A DNA stretch of 64,000 bases from positions 1 through 64,000 of the forward strand of contig JBLWGC010000216.1 of assembly GCA_048772705.1 (NCBI GenBank). The letters are read 5' to 3'. Origin of the DNA: Leidyana gryllorum EB-2025a. Lineage: Eukaryota > Protista > Apicomplexa. The translations under genes and the position numbers were made by a program. Of this stretch, positions 20,579-31,128 are shown one piece after another. The notes beneath the pieces were generated by a model. It worked only from the letters and a program-made list of their open reading frames with translations. It was not told where the DNA came from and did no database searches. Numbering within the stretch: the first letter of the stretch is position 1; each line of letters begins with the position of its first letter.

Positions 20579-22036
20579 ATGACTGTGGCAACATCTGCTT
20601 CCTCCGCCACTACTTCTCCTGTTACACTGTCGAAAAAGGCTGATTGTCCAGTTGTTGGAGATGTATTACTGACTACTGCGAATGCTCAGGGTCACTTCCG
20701 ACCCATGATGGCTTTGGGTGAATTATTGACCCGTCATAGTGGAGGTGCTCTCAAATGTCACCTGTTAGCCACGATTCCCGATGACGCGAAAATTCCAACA
20801 GCAGAATACCCGAATGTGAATGTATTGCGTATCAAGCTTCCTGATAACATCTCCGCCCCGACCAAGTTAATTGAGCAATTCCACTGGTTGATGGATAACA
20901 GCACAGAAGTGATTGCCCAAGGCAGTGCTCTTACCGCTTCGCTTAATGTTGTGGCTGTGTTATATGACTTGTTCTTCATCTGGGGTCGTCAACTGGCAGA
21001 TTCCCAGGGAATTAAGCACTTTGGTGTCTGTACTTCGCCACTGTTCTGTTACTATCTGTGGGTGAACCGTGCCTGTTTTGTACCTGTCTCATTGTCTGCG
21101 ACCGAAGAGCAGAGGAGTGTCCCCGGACTGGGAACTCTGAGTGCCACTTCGATGCCCTATGTTGCTCCGCTGGCTGAGCATTTTGATCAAATCCTCAATC
21201 TTGTGGAGACGTCACGCAGTCTGATCGCGAACGACAGTCCGTGTCAACCCGGTTTCGCCGCGCTACGCACAGAGGTGGAGAAGACCATGTTGGCGTCGAC
21301 TCCCAAGTACGAAAAGGGTGCTGTTCACGCTCTGGGGTATCTTAATGACTATGTCAATTCGCAAGCGCCTGCAGGTCATCTGAACGATGATGATAAGGTG
21401 ATGCACTGGCTCGATCAGCACGAGCCCAGCTCCGTGATTTTCATCGCCCTCGGCTCTTGGGTCGAACTCTGTCTCGCCGATCTGATAGAATTGGCAGAGG
21501 CTTTGGCCATCCTCAAGGCACCTTTCCTATGGGCGCTTCGAGATCGGTATGCAAAGCCTTCGGAAGAGGAGATGAAAGCAGTGGGATGTCAAGTGGACGC
21601 TCGAGGGCTACCGGTTGACTTTCTGGACCGTGTCATTTCGCATTCGTATGTCACGCCGTGGGTAAATCAACGTCAAGTACTGGGCCATCCGTCTATAAAA
21701 TTGTTCGTAACACATTGCGGGTGGAACAGTTTGACTGAAGCAATGTCTTTGACACCGGCACCTAAAGCCTTTCTTCCTGTCGCCACTGACCAGTTTCTGA
21801 ACGCGGAAGTTGCGGAAAGATTCTGGAAAGTGGGGCGAAAATTATGGTCTGTCGATGAGAAGAACCCCTCTCTGAGAGTTCTGAAGCGCACAGATGTTTA
21901 TCGGAGTGTTCGCAAGATGTGCGAGGATCCCGTGCTTCTGTCGAATGCCCGAAAGTTCTGGCAAGAGCATCGGGATCATGTGGACAACAGCGCTGAAGAG
22001 TGTGTCCGTCGTCTCATTGAAGAAATAGATAGTTAG
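20579..22036 (+). CDS. UDP-glycosyltransferase, copy 3
   Basis: GHFRP, YD, and PSPG box WVNQRQVLGHPS...HCGWNS...DQ. Confidence 0.93.
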   Translation: MTVATSASSATTSPVTLSKKADCPVVGDVLLTTANAQGHFRPMMALGELLTRHSGGALKCHLLATIPDDAKIPTAEYPNVNVLRIKLPDNISAPTKLIEQFHWLMDNSTEVIAQGSALTASLNVVAVLYDLFFIWGRQLADSQGIKHFGVCTSPLFCYYLWVNRACFVPVSLSATEEQRSVPGLGTLSATSMPYVAPLAEHFDQILNLVETSRSLIANDSPCQPGFAALRTEVEKTMLASTPKYEKGAVHALGYLNDYVNSQAPAGHLNDDDKVMHWLDQHEPSSVIFIALGSWVELCLADLIELAEALAILKAPFLWALRDRYAKPSEEEMKAVGCQVDARGLPVDFLDRVISHSYVTPWVNQRQVLGHPSIKLFVTHCGWNSLTEAMSLTPAPKAFLPVATDQFLNAEVAERFWKVGRKLWSVDEKNPSLRVLKRTDVYRSVRKMCEDPVLLSNARKFWQEHRDHVDNSAEECVRRLIEEIDS

Positions 22037-22182
22037 ATTCTGTTGTTCGTATTACTAATAAGTTGCTTCTGTGAATAGGATTGATCAACAACCAAAGAAC
22101 TCGTCAACCTTCAACAACATAGAGACCAATTCCAGTACTCAGAAAAAGTGTACAGAGTCACCACCTTTCCCTATCTCACTCA

Positions 22183-22917
22183 TCAAACGTTGCATTTCCA
22201 GATATCCATGGTGGAGACTATTCCAAAAAGCTGGGTGAGCCCCTGAAAGTACATTGCCATTCTCACAAGTTGGGCACACTTTGGCCAATATGAGTGTTGA
22301 ATGCCGATTGAAGACTGGAGAGCGTCGTAGAGCGTCCTTTCGTCCTCGGACCAGCCGGACGATGTGATCCAGACATGACGGCGAGAATACAGGATGCCCT
22401 GGATGTCCGCGGTCTCGTATTGGTGGACAGCCAATATCAATATCAGGAAGGTGATGGGGTCGAGGATGAAACTGGAGATCCTGGCGGCAATCTTCCGGGC
22501 ATCTGGCTTACCTTTCAGGAAAGCGATGCTCAAACGTGCCATGATGCTCAACCCGAGGAAGCAGAAGAGTGTGATGGTGTAACCGCTCAAACGGTTGGCT
22601 GCCGTGATGGCCATCGATAGAGGGTGCCAGAAGACAGCGTGCAGGACACTACCGTTCGTCTCAACATTCTGATTTGACCCGAGATACCAGTTCTCCAGAC
22701 TCTTTGCAACTTTCAATGCCTGGGCGAAAGTGAGCTCAAATTTGTGACTCTCGTTAGGCTCTTTCAAGATCAGTGTCACGACATCACCGCAGCGATTGAC
22801 AAATGCCCATACGAAGAGCAGAACAATGAAACATTGGAGTCCTGCCAGAAGGATGGCCCACCTCGACCGAGAGGCGGCGATTCTGGCACCGCTGTTTATC
22901 AACTGACCCACCTGCAT
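22183..22917 (-). CDS. Hypothetical 4-TM membrane protein A
   Basis: Four hydrophobic segments. Paralogous to 23424-24428 (GLSI..RL, LD/VD..Y..AD, MA.Y...GIV...D.W). Confidence 0.7.
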   Translation of the reverse strand: MQVGQLINSGARIAASRSRWAILLAGLQCFIVLLFVWAFVNRCGDVVTLILKEPNESHKFELTFAQALKVAKSLENWYLGSNQNVETNGSVLHAVFWHPLSMAITAANRLSGYTITLFCFLGLSIMARLSIAFLKGKPDARKIAARISSFILDPITFLILILAVHQYETADIQGILYSRRHVWITSSGWSEDERTLYDALQSSIGIQHSYWPKCAQLVRMAMYFQGLTQLFGIVSTMDIWKCNV

Positions 22918-23423
22918 GCGTGACACTGCGACGTGCTGAATGTCGTGAATGCCACATGACTTGCGGCTGACTCTTCAGTAAACCATCCGGCGTCCGTGAC
23001 CAATCTTGCGACCAAGTCGAGGCAATTAGTCCGACGTCCTGCTACACTGGGACCCAAACTCCAATACCTTCTCGCCTTTCAGCCGATACTGAGCCCCCGG
23101 ATGACGCGGTGGCCATCAAAGCGGCGCCGGAGAGACGAGTCTGAGTTCGTCTGGATCATCGAAGGAGGCGACGAGGCTCGGAGGGGGGTGAAGCACCACG
23201 AGACATGTCTCGGTACCTCCACTTACATTACGGAACAGCTCGTATGGGGGGAAGAACCGATGAATTGGGAACTAATTACGACACCCCGAGCCAATGATTA
23301 GGTCTCGCTGCTGGGTATGTACCGAGAAGTTTAGTGTTTGAACAGTAGGAGAGAGCTCAAGTGAACTAAAACTAAGTGGTTGGTCGCTGGCGACCGAATC
23401 AGAAGTCAAAAAATAGGGAATCC

Positions 23424-24428
23424 TCACAAAGACAATCTTGGCGGAGTCGCGGCCTGTTGGGGTGGTGTGGTGGTCGTTATAGGAGGAGTGGTTCCTCCCA
23501 CTTTGGGCGGGGTGGTGGTGGTGGGTAGCTGGGCGGCGGGAAGAGAGCTGGTGCGAGAGGCAGAAGCTTGACGAGCCATTTCTGTAGCCGGTTGCTCCTC
23601 CAAAGCCCTTTGTTGGGCGGCTTGTTGCTGAGCAGTCGTCTTGGCAGTGGTTGGTGTCTTCTGGGGGGTAGTGAGGACGTTGATGTAGAAACAGCCGGTA
23701 TGGCATCCGTTTCTGCCACGAGACCACACGTCTTGGGCAGTGACGATGCCGAGGAGCCAGACAACGAATAGCAGGTAGACGGCCATGTGCAAGAGACCCC
23801 TGTCATTCGGCTTAAGCCACACTCGAGTTGATGCGGGATCGTTGAGATGGTCTGCAATCTCAGGCCTCAAAAGCTCCTTCCCTCCAAAGTACTTGAAGTA
23901 GTCATCGCGATAATAGAACAGAGTGCTCATGTAGTCAGCATGGCAGTACATGGCGTAAGCAGCGATTGCAAACGCCAGAGCGACCCAGTCCACTATCCAG
24001 ACGCCGAAACGGACAGCCCAATCACGAATGAACCATCCCTTGACGGCGACGATCGAAATCAAACGCAGAAGGATGGAGAGGCCGATTACCGAACAGGCCA
24101 CAATGCCGAGATGATAAAAGTCTCGGTGGTATTGAATAGCATCGAATAGTTCGTAAGTGGCCAACTCCAGGCTGGGTCTTGAAGGATCTATCGGTTTCCA
24201 GTGATACCCGGCGATGGCCAATTCCAGCCGATCTCCAGTCTCCTTATAGCCGAGTGATTCCGTTGCACGTGCTCCCTTCACAGTGACCTCAATATTCATC
24301 CGATCACCACCGATCTCGGCAGTCTCATACCAGAATATACCCAACACGACGAATTCTAATAGTAGCACGAGCGCAATCCAATAGGTTTTGGAGTGCGAGA
24401 TGATGTACTTTTCAATCTTCGACGGCAT
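23424..24428 (-). CDS. Hypothetical 4-TM membrane protein B with Thr/Pro/Gln-rich tail
   Basis: 334-aa ORF with four hydrophobic segments. Paralog of protein A. Confidence 0.75.
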   Translation of the reverse strand: MPSKIEKYIISHSKTYWIALVLLLEFVVLGIFWYETAEIGGDRMNIEVTVKGARATESLGYKETGDRLELAIAGYHWKPIDPSRPSLELATYELFDAIQYHRDFYHLGIVACSVIGLSILLRLISIVAVKGWFIRDWAVRFGVWIVDWVALAFAIAAYAMYCHADYMSTLFYYRDDYFKYFGGKELLRPEIADHLNDPASTRVWLKPNDRGLLHMAVYLLFVVWLLGIVTAQDVWSRGRNGCHTGCFYINVLTTPQKTPTTAKTTAQQQAAQQRALEEQPATEMARQASASRTSSLPAAQLPTTTTPPKVGGTTPPITTTTPPQQAATPPRLSL

Positions 24429-24622
24429 GATGGGGCGTGCACGTTCGGGGGTGCATGTGGCATGAGGTGTTCACATCCAAGTAAAGCAAAGCAAAGCAAA
24501 GCAAACTCAGAACTCCGAGTCTGAAGTGGTCTTTTACAACTGGTCAAATTGCCCTTTCAGATTCAGTCACAGCACGTTCCGACCTGATACTCTAAGATTA
24601 CTAACTAATGTGTACATTCTAC

Positions 24623-26011
24623 CTAATTAGACACCAACTGACTGAGCTCTGCGAGGAACTGTTTCCAGCGTAAAGCCACAGAATCTGCAACGCCCAGCTG
24701 TTCGTTGTACATTTCGGCGGCCGCACGATTCAGATTCTCGTCCTCGCAGATCTCGCACAGGATCCTGCACACCTCAGATCGGTCCAGCTGACGGAAGGGG
24801 GGATAGCCCCACAGCTGTCTCCCGACTTTCCAGACATTCGCAATTACATGTGCGTTCAAGTCCTGTTCAGCCATCAGTGGGAGCAAACCAATTGGCTTGG
24901 GGCACAGGCGAGAGGCTTCGGTCAAACTGTTCCATCCACAGTGTGAGACGAACAGCTTGATAGCCGGGTGAGACAGAACCGCGGTTTGATTCACCCACGG
25001 CAGGATGAGGCCGCGATCTCCAACTCTTTCCCGGAAACCCTGGGGCAAACCATTCGCCTCGATCGGGACAGTAGGCTCGCGGGCTTTGTAGTCAGCCGGA
25101 GCGTGAGGAGGCGGAACCGCCATTTGCTCTGGGAGTGGGTCCCGCAAACCCCAAAGGAATTTGTATCCGGTCGCAGCCACTCCTTCCGCCAGTTCCACCA
25201 CATCGGCCAAAGCCAGCGGGCACCAGGAACCCAATGCGATGAATATGACACTCTCCTTCTCTTGTTTATCTAACCATTCAATCTCTGGCAGCTTCTTCTC
25301 CTTCGATAGATTTTTCGGAAGATCAGCAAAGTATCCAACAACGTGAATGTCTCCTTCGCGCTTGGGCAAAATCCTCTTTACTTCTTCAACTAATTCGAAC
25401 ACCTCTTTGTGAATCGGACTGTCATTACAAACCAGTCCAGTGACACTATGGAGTTTTTCGGTCGCGGTGCCAAAGTAGGGTGCAAGCAGTTTGGTGTCCG
25501 GGAGGGCTTCTCTCGGCACATCCCCCACGCCCGGAATAGTGACAAATGGGCTCGAGCCCGTATTCACTACGAAACATTCATTCTTCATCCACAAATAGTA
25601 ACAGCTCAGCGGCGAGGTGCACACTGCGTACGACTTGGCATTTATAGCGTCGGCAGCAACGTGACCCCACGCCGCGAACGGATCATACAGGACGACATTA
25701 ATTCGATACCGCTCAAACAGCTCAATCGCGGAACGCACAATAGCGTCTTCATTCTTGAACACATATCCCATTTGTGCCATCGCATGCTTTCCAATGTCCG
25801 GAGGCAACAAGATCCTCTCGACTTTGATCTCGGGATACTCGTCTTCCGGCAATGCAGTTGTGGCGTCACAAGGCAGTGTCAGCATCACAGTCGCATCTCC
25901 GGCTGTCGCGTGCTCCAATAACCTTCGCCCCAAACCAAACGCAGGGCGGAAGTGCCCGTGGGCGTTCATGGTGACCAGAGCAATGCGGACATGCGACTGT
26001 GGCTGACTCAT
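24623..26011 (-). CDS. UDP-glycosyltransferase, copy 4
   Basis: GHFRP, YD, and PSPG box WVNQTAVLSHP...HCGWNS...EQ. Confidence 0.93.
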   Translation of the reverse strand: MSQPQSHVRIALVTMNAHGHFRPAFGLGRRLLEHATAGDATVMLTLPCDATTALPEDEYPEIKVERILLPPDIGKHAMAQMGYVFKNEDAIVRSAIELFERYRINVVLYDPFAAWGHVAADAINAKSYAVCTSPLSCYYLWMKNECFVVNTGSSPFVTIPGVGDVPREALPDTKLLAPYFGTATEKLHSVTGLVCNDSPIHKEVFELVEEVKRILPKREGDIHVVGYFADLPKNLSKEKKLPEIEWLDKQEKESVIFIALGSWCPLALADVVELAEGVAATGYKFLWGLRDPLPEQMAVPPPHAPADYKAREPTVPIEANGLPQGFRERVGDRGLILPWVNQTAVLSHPAIKLFVSHCGWNSLTEASRLCPKPIGLLPLMAEQDLNAHVIANVWKVGRQLWGYPPFRQLDRSEVCRILCEICEDENLNRAAAEMYNEQLGVADSVALRWKQFLAELSQLVSN

Positions 26012-26103
26012 TGTCAATACGAATTAGTTCCACACTACAAACAAGTCAGTCTGCGGAGAGAGACAGGAGACGGGAGACGGGAGACGGAGGACAGAAGGCA
26101 TGT

Positions 26104-27552
26104 TCAAAAAGTCCCACAATCACTCAAATGCTTGATCATGCTACCCACAGCAACGTCGAGTTCGCTTTTTCCTCGACGAACATATGTTTCATGAAGCTCT
26201 CGGGCTCGATCTGATAAATGCTTGTCGGTAAAAATGGATGCAATGTCATCCCGCACTCGTTGACGATGTAGCTGACGTTCAGGATTCCCGCTCCACAGCC
26301 GCCGCCCACTTTGCCAAACGTGTTCGATGATGTGTGCATTCAGATTTTGGTCAGCAGCAATAGGCAATAGTGCCGTTGGTCGGGAGCTCAAACTAATAGT
26401 TTCAGTCAAGCTGTTCCACCCACAGTGTGTCACAAAGACCCCCAACGCAAAGTGTTTCAGCACAGCTGGCTGGTTCACCCAAGGCAACATCAGCCCTCGG
26501 CTGCCAAGTCTCTGTCTAAACCCGAGCGGAAGCCCACATTCATCTGTCGGGACCGAAGCGTCTTGTGGTTTCCAATCTTCAGCAGCTCCATTTGGTATGA
26601 CACAAGACGCCCCTCGCCGCCTAAGCGCCCAGAGAAAAGGTCTGCCTAGTAATGCCAAACCTTCAGCCAGCTCTACGACATCTTGTGGAGGCAAATCGCA
26701 CCAAGATCCCAACGCAACGTAAACCACACTTTCAGGGGGCTGCTGGTTGAGCCACGATATCTCATCACCCTCAGCCTTGGGGACGGGTCGCGACATTCCG
26801 ACATATCCCACAAGGAAGCAAGGGAGTTGAGCGACGCTGAGGTGAGCTCGCAGAGCCGCCACTGTCTCACCCATTCCGGGCTCAACTGCTGAGGCATTGG
26901 CCACGACACCGTAGTGTACTTTCTGCAAACGTTCATAACCGACCACAAAAGTCTCTCTCCAGCCAACTGTCTCCGGGAGATCCCACCGATCCACATCACC
27001 GATTCCGGGAACTGACATTGTATCGCTGGAGGCCTCTCTGGGACCATTCACGAACGCTGCCCCCTTCATCCACAGATAATACACTGTTGGAGGAGACGCG
27101 AAGAAGGCGAGATAAGGCACTTTCGCCCTAATGGCTACTTCTTGGCCCCAAGAGGCGAATGCATCGTATACTATCCAGTGTGGTTTCCACGTCTGGATAA
27201 ACCGTAGAGCCTCGTCGATCACAAAGATCTCATTTTCACACCACCACCGCATCTGTGTACCTATCGTCCCGCCAGCTTCACTCGGCAAATATATCGGAAC
27301 AACTCGCATCGGCATAAAGTCTGTGGGGACCTTGTAGGTCTCCTCGGTAGCTGGCACAACAACTGTCACGGCAATGTTGGGCGCGCGACTTTGCAACAGT
27401 TGACAACATCCCATCGCTGGCCGTAGATGGCCCGAGGCGGGAAAGGTGATAAAGAGGACACGTCGATCGTGCTCCATCTCGGTCTCCGGCCGTGTGCGAG
27501 AAAAGCGTAGTATCTCAACAAGTCGCCGATCGTGTGATGCGGCTTGTGCCAT
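26104..27552 (-). CDS. UDP-glycosyltransferase, copy 5
   Basis: FPASGHLRP, YD, and PSPG box WVNQPAVLKH...HCGWNS...DQ. Confidence 0.93.
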   Translation of the reverse strand: MAQAASHDRRLVEILRFSRTRPETEMEHDRRVLFITFPASGHLRPAMGCCQLLQSRAPNIAVTVVVPATEETYKVPTDFMPMRVVPIYLPSEAGGTIGTQMRWWCENEIFVIDEALRFIQTWKPHWIVYDAFASWGQEVAIRAKVPYLAFFASPPTVYYLWMKGAAFVNGPREASSDTMSVPGIGDVDRWDLPETVGWRETFVVGYERLQKVHYGVVANASAVEPGMGETVAALRAHLSVAQLPCFLVGYVGMSRPVPKAEGDEISWLNQQPPESVVYVALGSWCDLPPQDVVELAEGLALLGRPFLWALRRRGASCVIPNGAAEDWKPQDASVPTDECGLPLGFRQRLGSRGLMLPWVNQPAVLKHFALGVFVTHCGWNSLTETISLSSRPTALLPIAADQNLNAHIIEHVWQSGRRLWSGNPERQLHRQRVRDDIASIFTDKHLSDRARELHETYVRRGKSELDVAVGSMIKHLSDCGTF

Positions 27553-28469
27553 ACCGGGACAGTCAGTGAGTGAGTGAGTCGCTGACTCACTCCATCATTG
27601 AGCCATGTTCAATCAAGTGAGTACACTCCTGTATACAGGAAAGAAACATGGCTAACTACTCTGTTGAGCGGGTCTCCTTTCCATATAATAAGTTGTCCGA
27701 ACTTGAAATATCCACGCGGGGGGGGGGGACTCGACACGAGTGGCAATTGGGGGAAGTCGTACATTTGTCGTTTTGTCTCCGCACGTGCGGCGAATAATGG
27801 CCAAAATTTTCAGCGACTGTGCTTCAAGGGATCTGTTCTTCAGTCCACCGCACTGTCTCAGCAGAAATACTCTGCAACCAACTCAAACCACGAGGATGAC
27901 AGCGTCTCTACCCGCAATGCGACTTCTGGAGGAGCGACAGCAGGAAGAGACTGCTGAGTGGTGACAGTGGCCTGAGACCTTCTCCCAAGAATTCGAGACC
28001 AAGTTGAAGCATCTCATCCTCTTCAAGCCGCCGGAGTTTGCCCCGATACTCCAAACTCCATGCTCACCCCGGACCCTCAGTGTCTCTCCGAGCAGACGGG
28101 GGCTTTAAGAGGCGGGAGACGTATCATCAATCAGTAAAGGCAACTGGAGGAAAACTCAACTCACGTGTTTTGGCTCCTTGAGCATCAATGCTGAGTACTC
28201 GAAAGGGGCTCGTTTAGAGTGCCCGGAGGGAAAGACTTCACCCGGCAGATTGTAAGTGACCGCCACAGTCAACTGCGCAGCCCGTCGTCGATACTGGGAC
28301 CTTTGTCCCAGTGGCAAGTCTTTGGGATTTGTTTATAGGCAGCGCAAGTCCAAGCGGCGACTGGCCTAATGTCGACGGTTGGGGTGCTTGCGTTCGCCTG
28401 TTGGTAGTGGGGAATTTAGTTGTTGCTCATTGGGAGGTTGCGGCGGGCAGCCTGTCGGGTAACAGATTC

Positions 28470-28926
28470 CGGTTTCGTAAGACCCTTCTTGGCCCGAGAC
28501 GTTGATTGAGGTAGTAGCGGCGCTACGAAGCTTCAACGCTCGGTACACGTCGGATTCGGAGGAAAGCGTCCCCTTGTGGCCACGTTTCTACAGTGAACCC
28601 ACCCACTCCGGCACTGCGGGCGGTGGAAAGGCCCCGCTGATATGTCACCGTTGCCAACAATGAGGGCATCCGGAGATCCGGTGCCGCCTCCCGTGCCCTA
28701 ATTGCGCACAAAGGGGCACCGAGAGCAGGACCGAGGTGTCAAAGGAAAGTAGCAGTTCCTGAGAGGCACGAGCGGCTTCCCTACCGGGTTCGTAGTTGTG
28801 CAAAACACAGAAATAGACCACTGATGATCGACGCGAACCACTTCCGAATTTACGACCGAACCTCTCGTGCACACCGACTGTGAGGTGAAAGAGATTCAGC
28901 TGGGATCTCAAATGGTCCTCGACCAT
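28470..28926 (+). pseudogene. Decayed gag fragment related to the element at 1-4942
   Basis: CCCGAGACGTTGATTGAGGTAGTAGCGGCGCTACGAAGC..AACGCTCGGTACACGTCGGATTCGGAG matches PETLAEVVAALRSLNARYTSDSE. GAGATTCAGCTGGGATCTCAAATGGTCCTC encodes EIQLGSQMVL. Frameshifted. Confidence 0.85.
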
Positions 28927-29085
28927 TTGCGGAAACCCTGTTTAGACCACTGATGCTCGACCCAGTTGATTACGTGAACTACGAACCCACTTTTCCCAAC
29001 GGTAGAGCCACTTAGGCAGGACCTGACGACAGTTAGAACCGTAGCATTTTAGAGAAAGATAGCAACAGGAAAGTAGGGACAGGGA

Positions 29086-29109
29086 ACTGACTGACTGACT
29101 GACTGACTG
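29086..29109. repeat. (CTGA)n microsatellite
   Basis: Six tandem CTGA-type units. Confidence 0.8.
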
Positions 29110-29685
29110 GACACTAAACTAACGAGCGGCGGAAAAGCGTGTTGCATAGTTTTGATTTCACTACATCGCGCCAACAACGGGGGCAGTGGTTCCATAGGGA
29201 TGACTTTTGGGTCCACTCAGTTCCATATCTATATCTCAAGACTAGTGAAAGGTGCTCAGAGCCTACAGAACCAGCGGTGACGGAACACTGGAGGGGACCT
29301 CCCGGAGAAGAGCCTTAGAAGTGGGGCACCTCTGTCAGAGTTGGGCAGACCAGGATCGAGCGAAAAGGGGGACTTTCTATGTCCCGAACTGCATACGTTG
29401 GACATTCAGTGTCCACAGTACCTGTGTCGATACCAACGGGCCAGTCAGCCGTCGGCGTACGGCAGTGTTTGGCTGTGGAACAGACTGATGAGAGTGGGGG
29501 AAGGATAGTGGATATAGGCTGAGTAGAATTGTGTACTAATATTAGTATTGATTGATTCTAGTTGATGGTTCCAGAGCGAGCAATTCGAGAATGTTCAGAT
29601 GGATCAAGGCGAAGCGAATGTATGTGTCATTCATATGGAAAGATTTCGATTTCCAAGCGTACACTGTATTCTAGTTTTGAATAAT

Positions 29686-30910
29686 TTACATGCACTTGCG
29701 GTGGACAATAGCGGGACCTGATTCGTCGTACTCATCGCGGCTGATCCACATGGTCTGGAAGGTAGACAAAGACGAAAGAATTGAACCTCCGATCCAGACA
29801 CTGAACTTGCGCTCAGGCGGGGCAATAACCTGGAAAGCAGGATGGGGGAGAGAGTTGGCGGCGAGGCTTACCTTAATCTGCATGGTGGACGGGGCCAAGT
29901 CAGTAAGCTCCTTGGTCATACGCTCGCCAATGCCTTCGTACATGGTGGTGCCACCAGAGAGCACAACATTAGAGTAGAGGTCCTTTCTGATATCAACATC
30001 ACATCGCATGATGGAGCCGAAGGTGGTGTGGTGAATGCCCTGGGCTTCCTTTCCGACAAGACTCGGTTGGAAGAGAGCCTCCGGAGCCTGGAATCGTTCC
30101 TTGCCGACTGAGATGACATTGCCATCGGGGAGCTCGTAGGTCTTGTCAATTTCATCAGACTCCTCAGTCTTCTTGAGCTCCTCCTCGTAGTCGAGAGCAA
30201 TGTAGCAGAGCTTCTCCTTGATGTCACGAACGATTTCCTTCTCGGCTGAGGTGGTGAAAGCGTGGCCACGGAGATGAAGAAGCTTCATCATGTACTCCGT
30301 GAGGTCGCGGCCGGCGAGATCGAGACGCAGAACCGCGTGGGGCAAAGCAAAACCTTCGTAGATAGGGACAGTATGGGAGACGCCATCACCGCTATCCATA
30401 ACGATACCGGTGGTACGACCAGAAGCGTACAAGGAGAGCACGGCTTGGATGGACACGTAAGTGGCAGGGCATGAGAAAGTCTCAAACATCATTTGGACCA
30501 TCTTCTCGCGGTTGCTCTTGGGGTTAAGAGGCGCTTCAGTCAGCAGAACAGGGTGCTCTTCAGGAGTGACACGGAGCTCGTTATAGAAGGTGTGATGCCA
30601 AATCTTCTCCATGTAATCCCAGTTAGTGATAATGCCTGGCGAACAGCGTTGGGCTGGCTGGCTCGCAACCGCCTTTTCACTTACCATGAGCAATCGGATA
30701 AGTCAATTGGAGGATACCTCTCTTCGCCTGAGCCTCGTCACCAACGTAGCAGTCCTTCTTCTCCATGCCAACCATGATTCCAGCGTGCTTGGGGCGGCCG
30801 ATGATGGAGGGGAAGACGTTGGAAGGTGCGTCCTCTCCAGCGATACCGGCCTTGACCATACCGGAGCCATTGTCAACAACAATGGGCTGGGCTTCGTCGA
30901 GATCGCACAT
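29686..30910 (-). CDS. ACT: Actin (introns 29830-29871 and 30636-30684)
   Basis: [22 protein letters not shown] and [20 protein letters not shown] introns restore the frame. Confidence 0.97.
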
Positions 30911-31128
30911 TGTGTTCAAACGTAGACCGAAGAAGTTTGGCTGCTAGAATGGGGGGTTGAAAAGCTGCAAATAATACGTTAAACCTTTCGCACCCGACCT
31001 CCAGACATCACACACACTCAGCAGTCTTCCAATGTCCCACGATTCATTTCTCTGTCTGCGATTTGAATTCCTCATAACGTACTCAATTCTACCTCTGTGC
31101 TCTCCTCCTTCTAAGAAAGTTAGTCACC

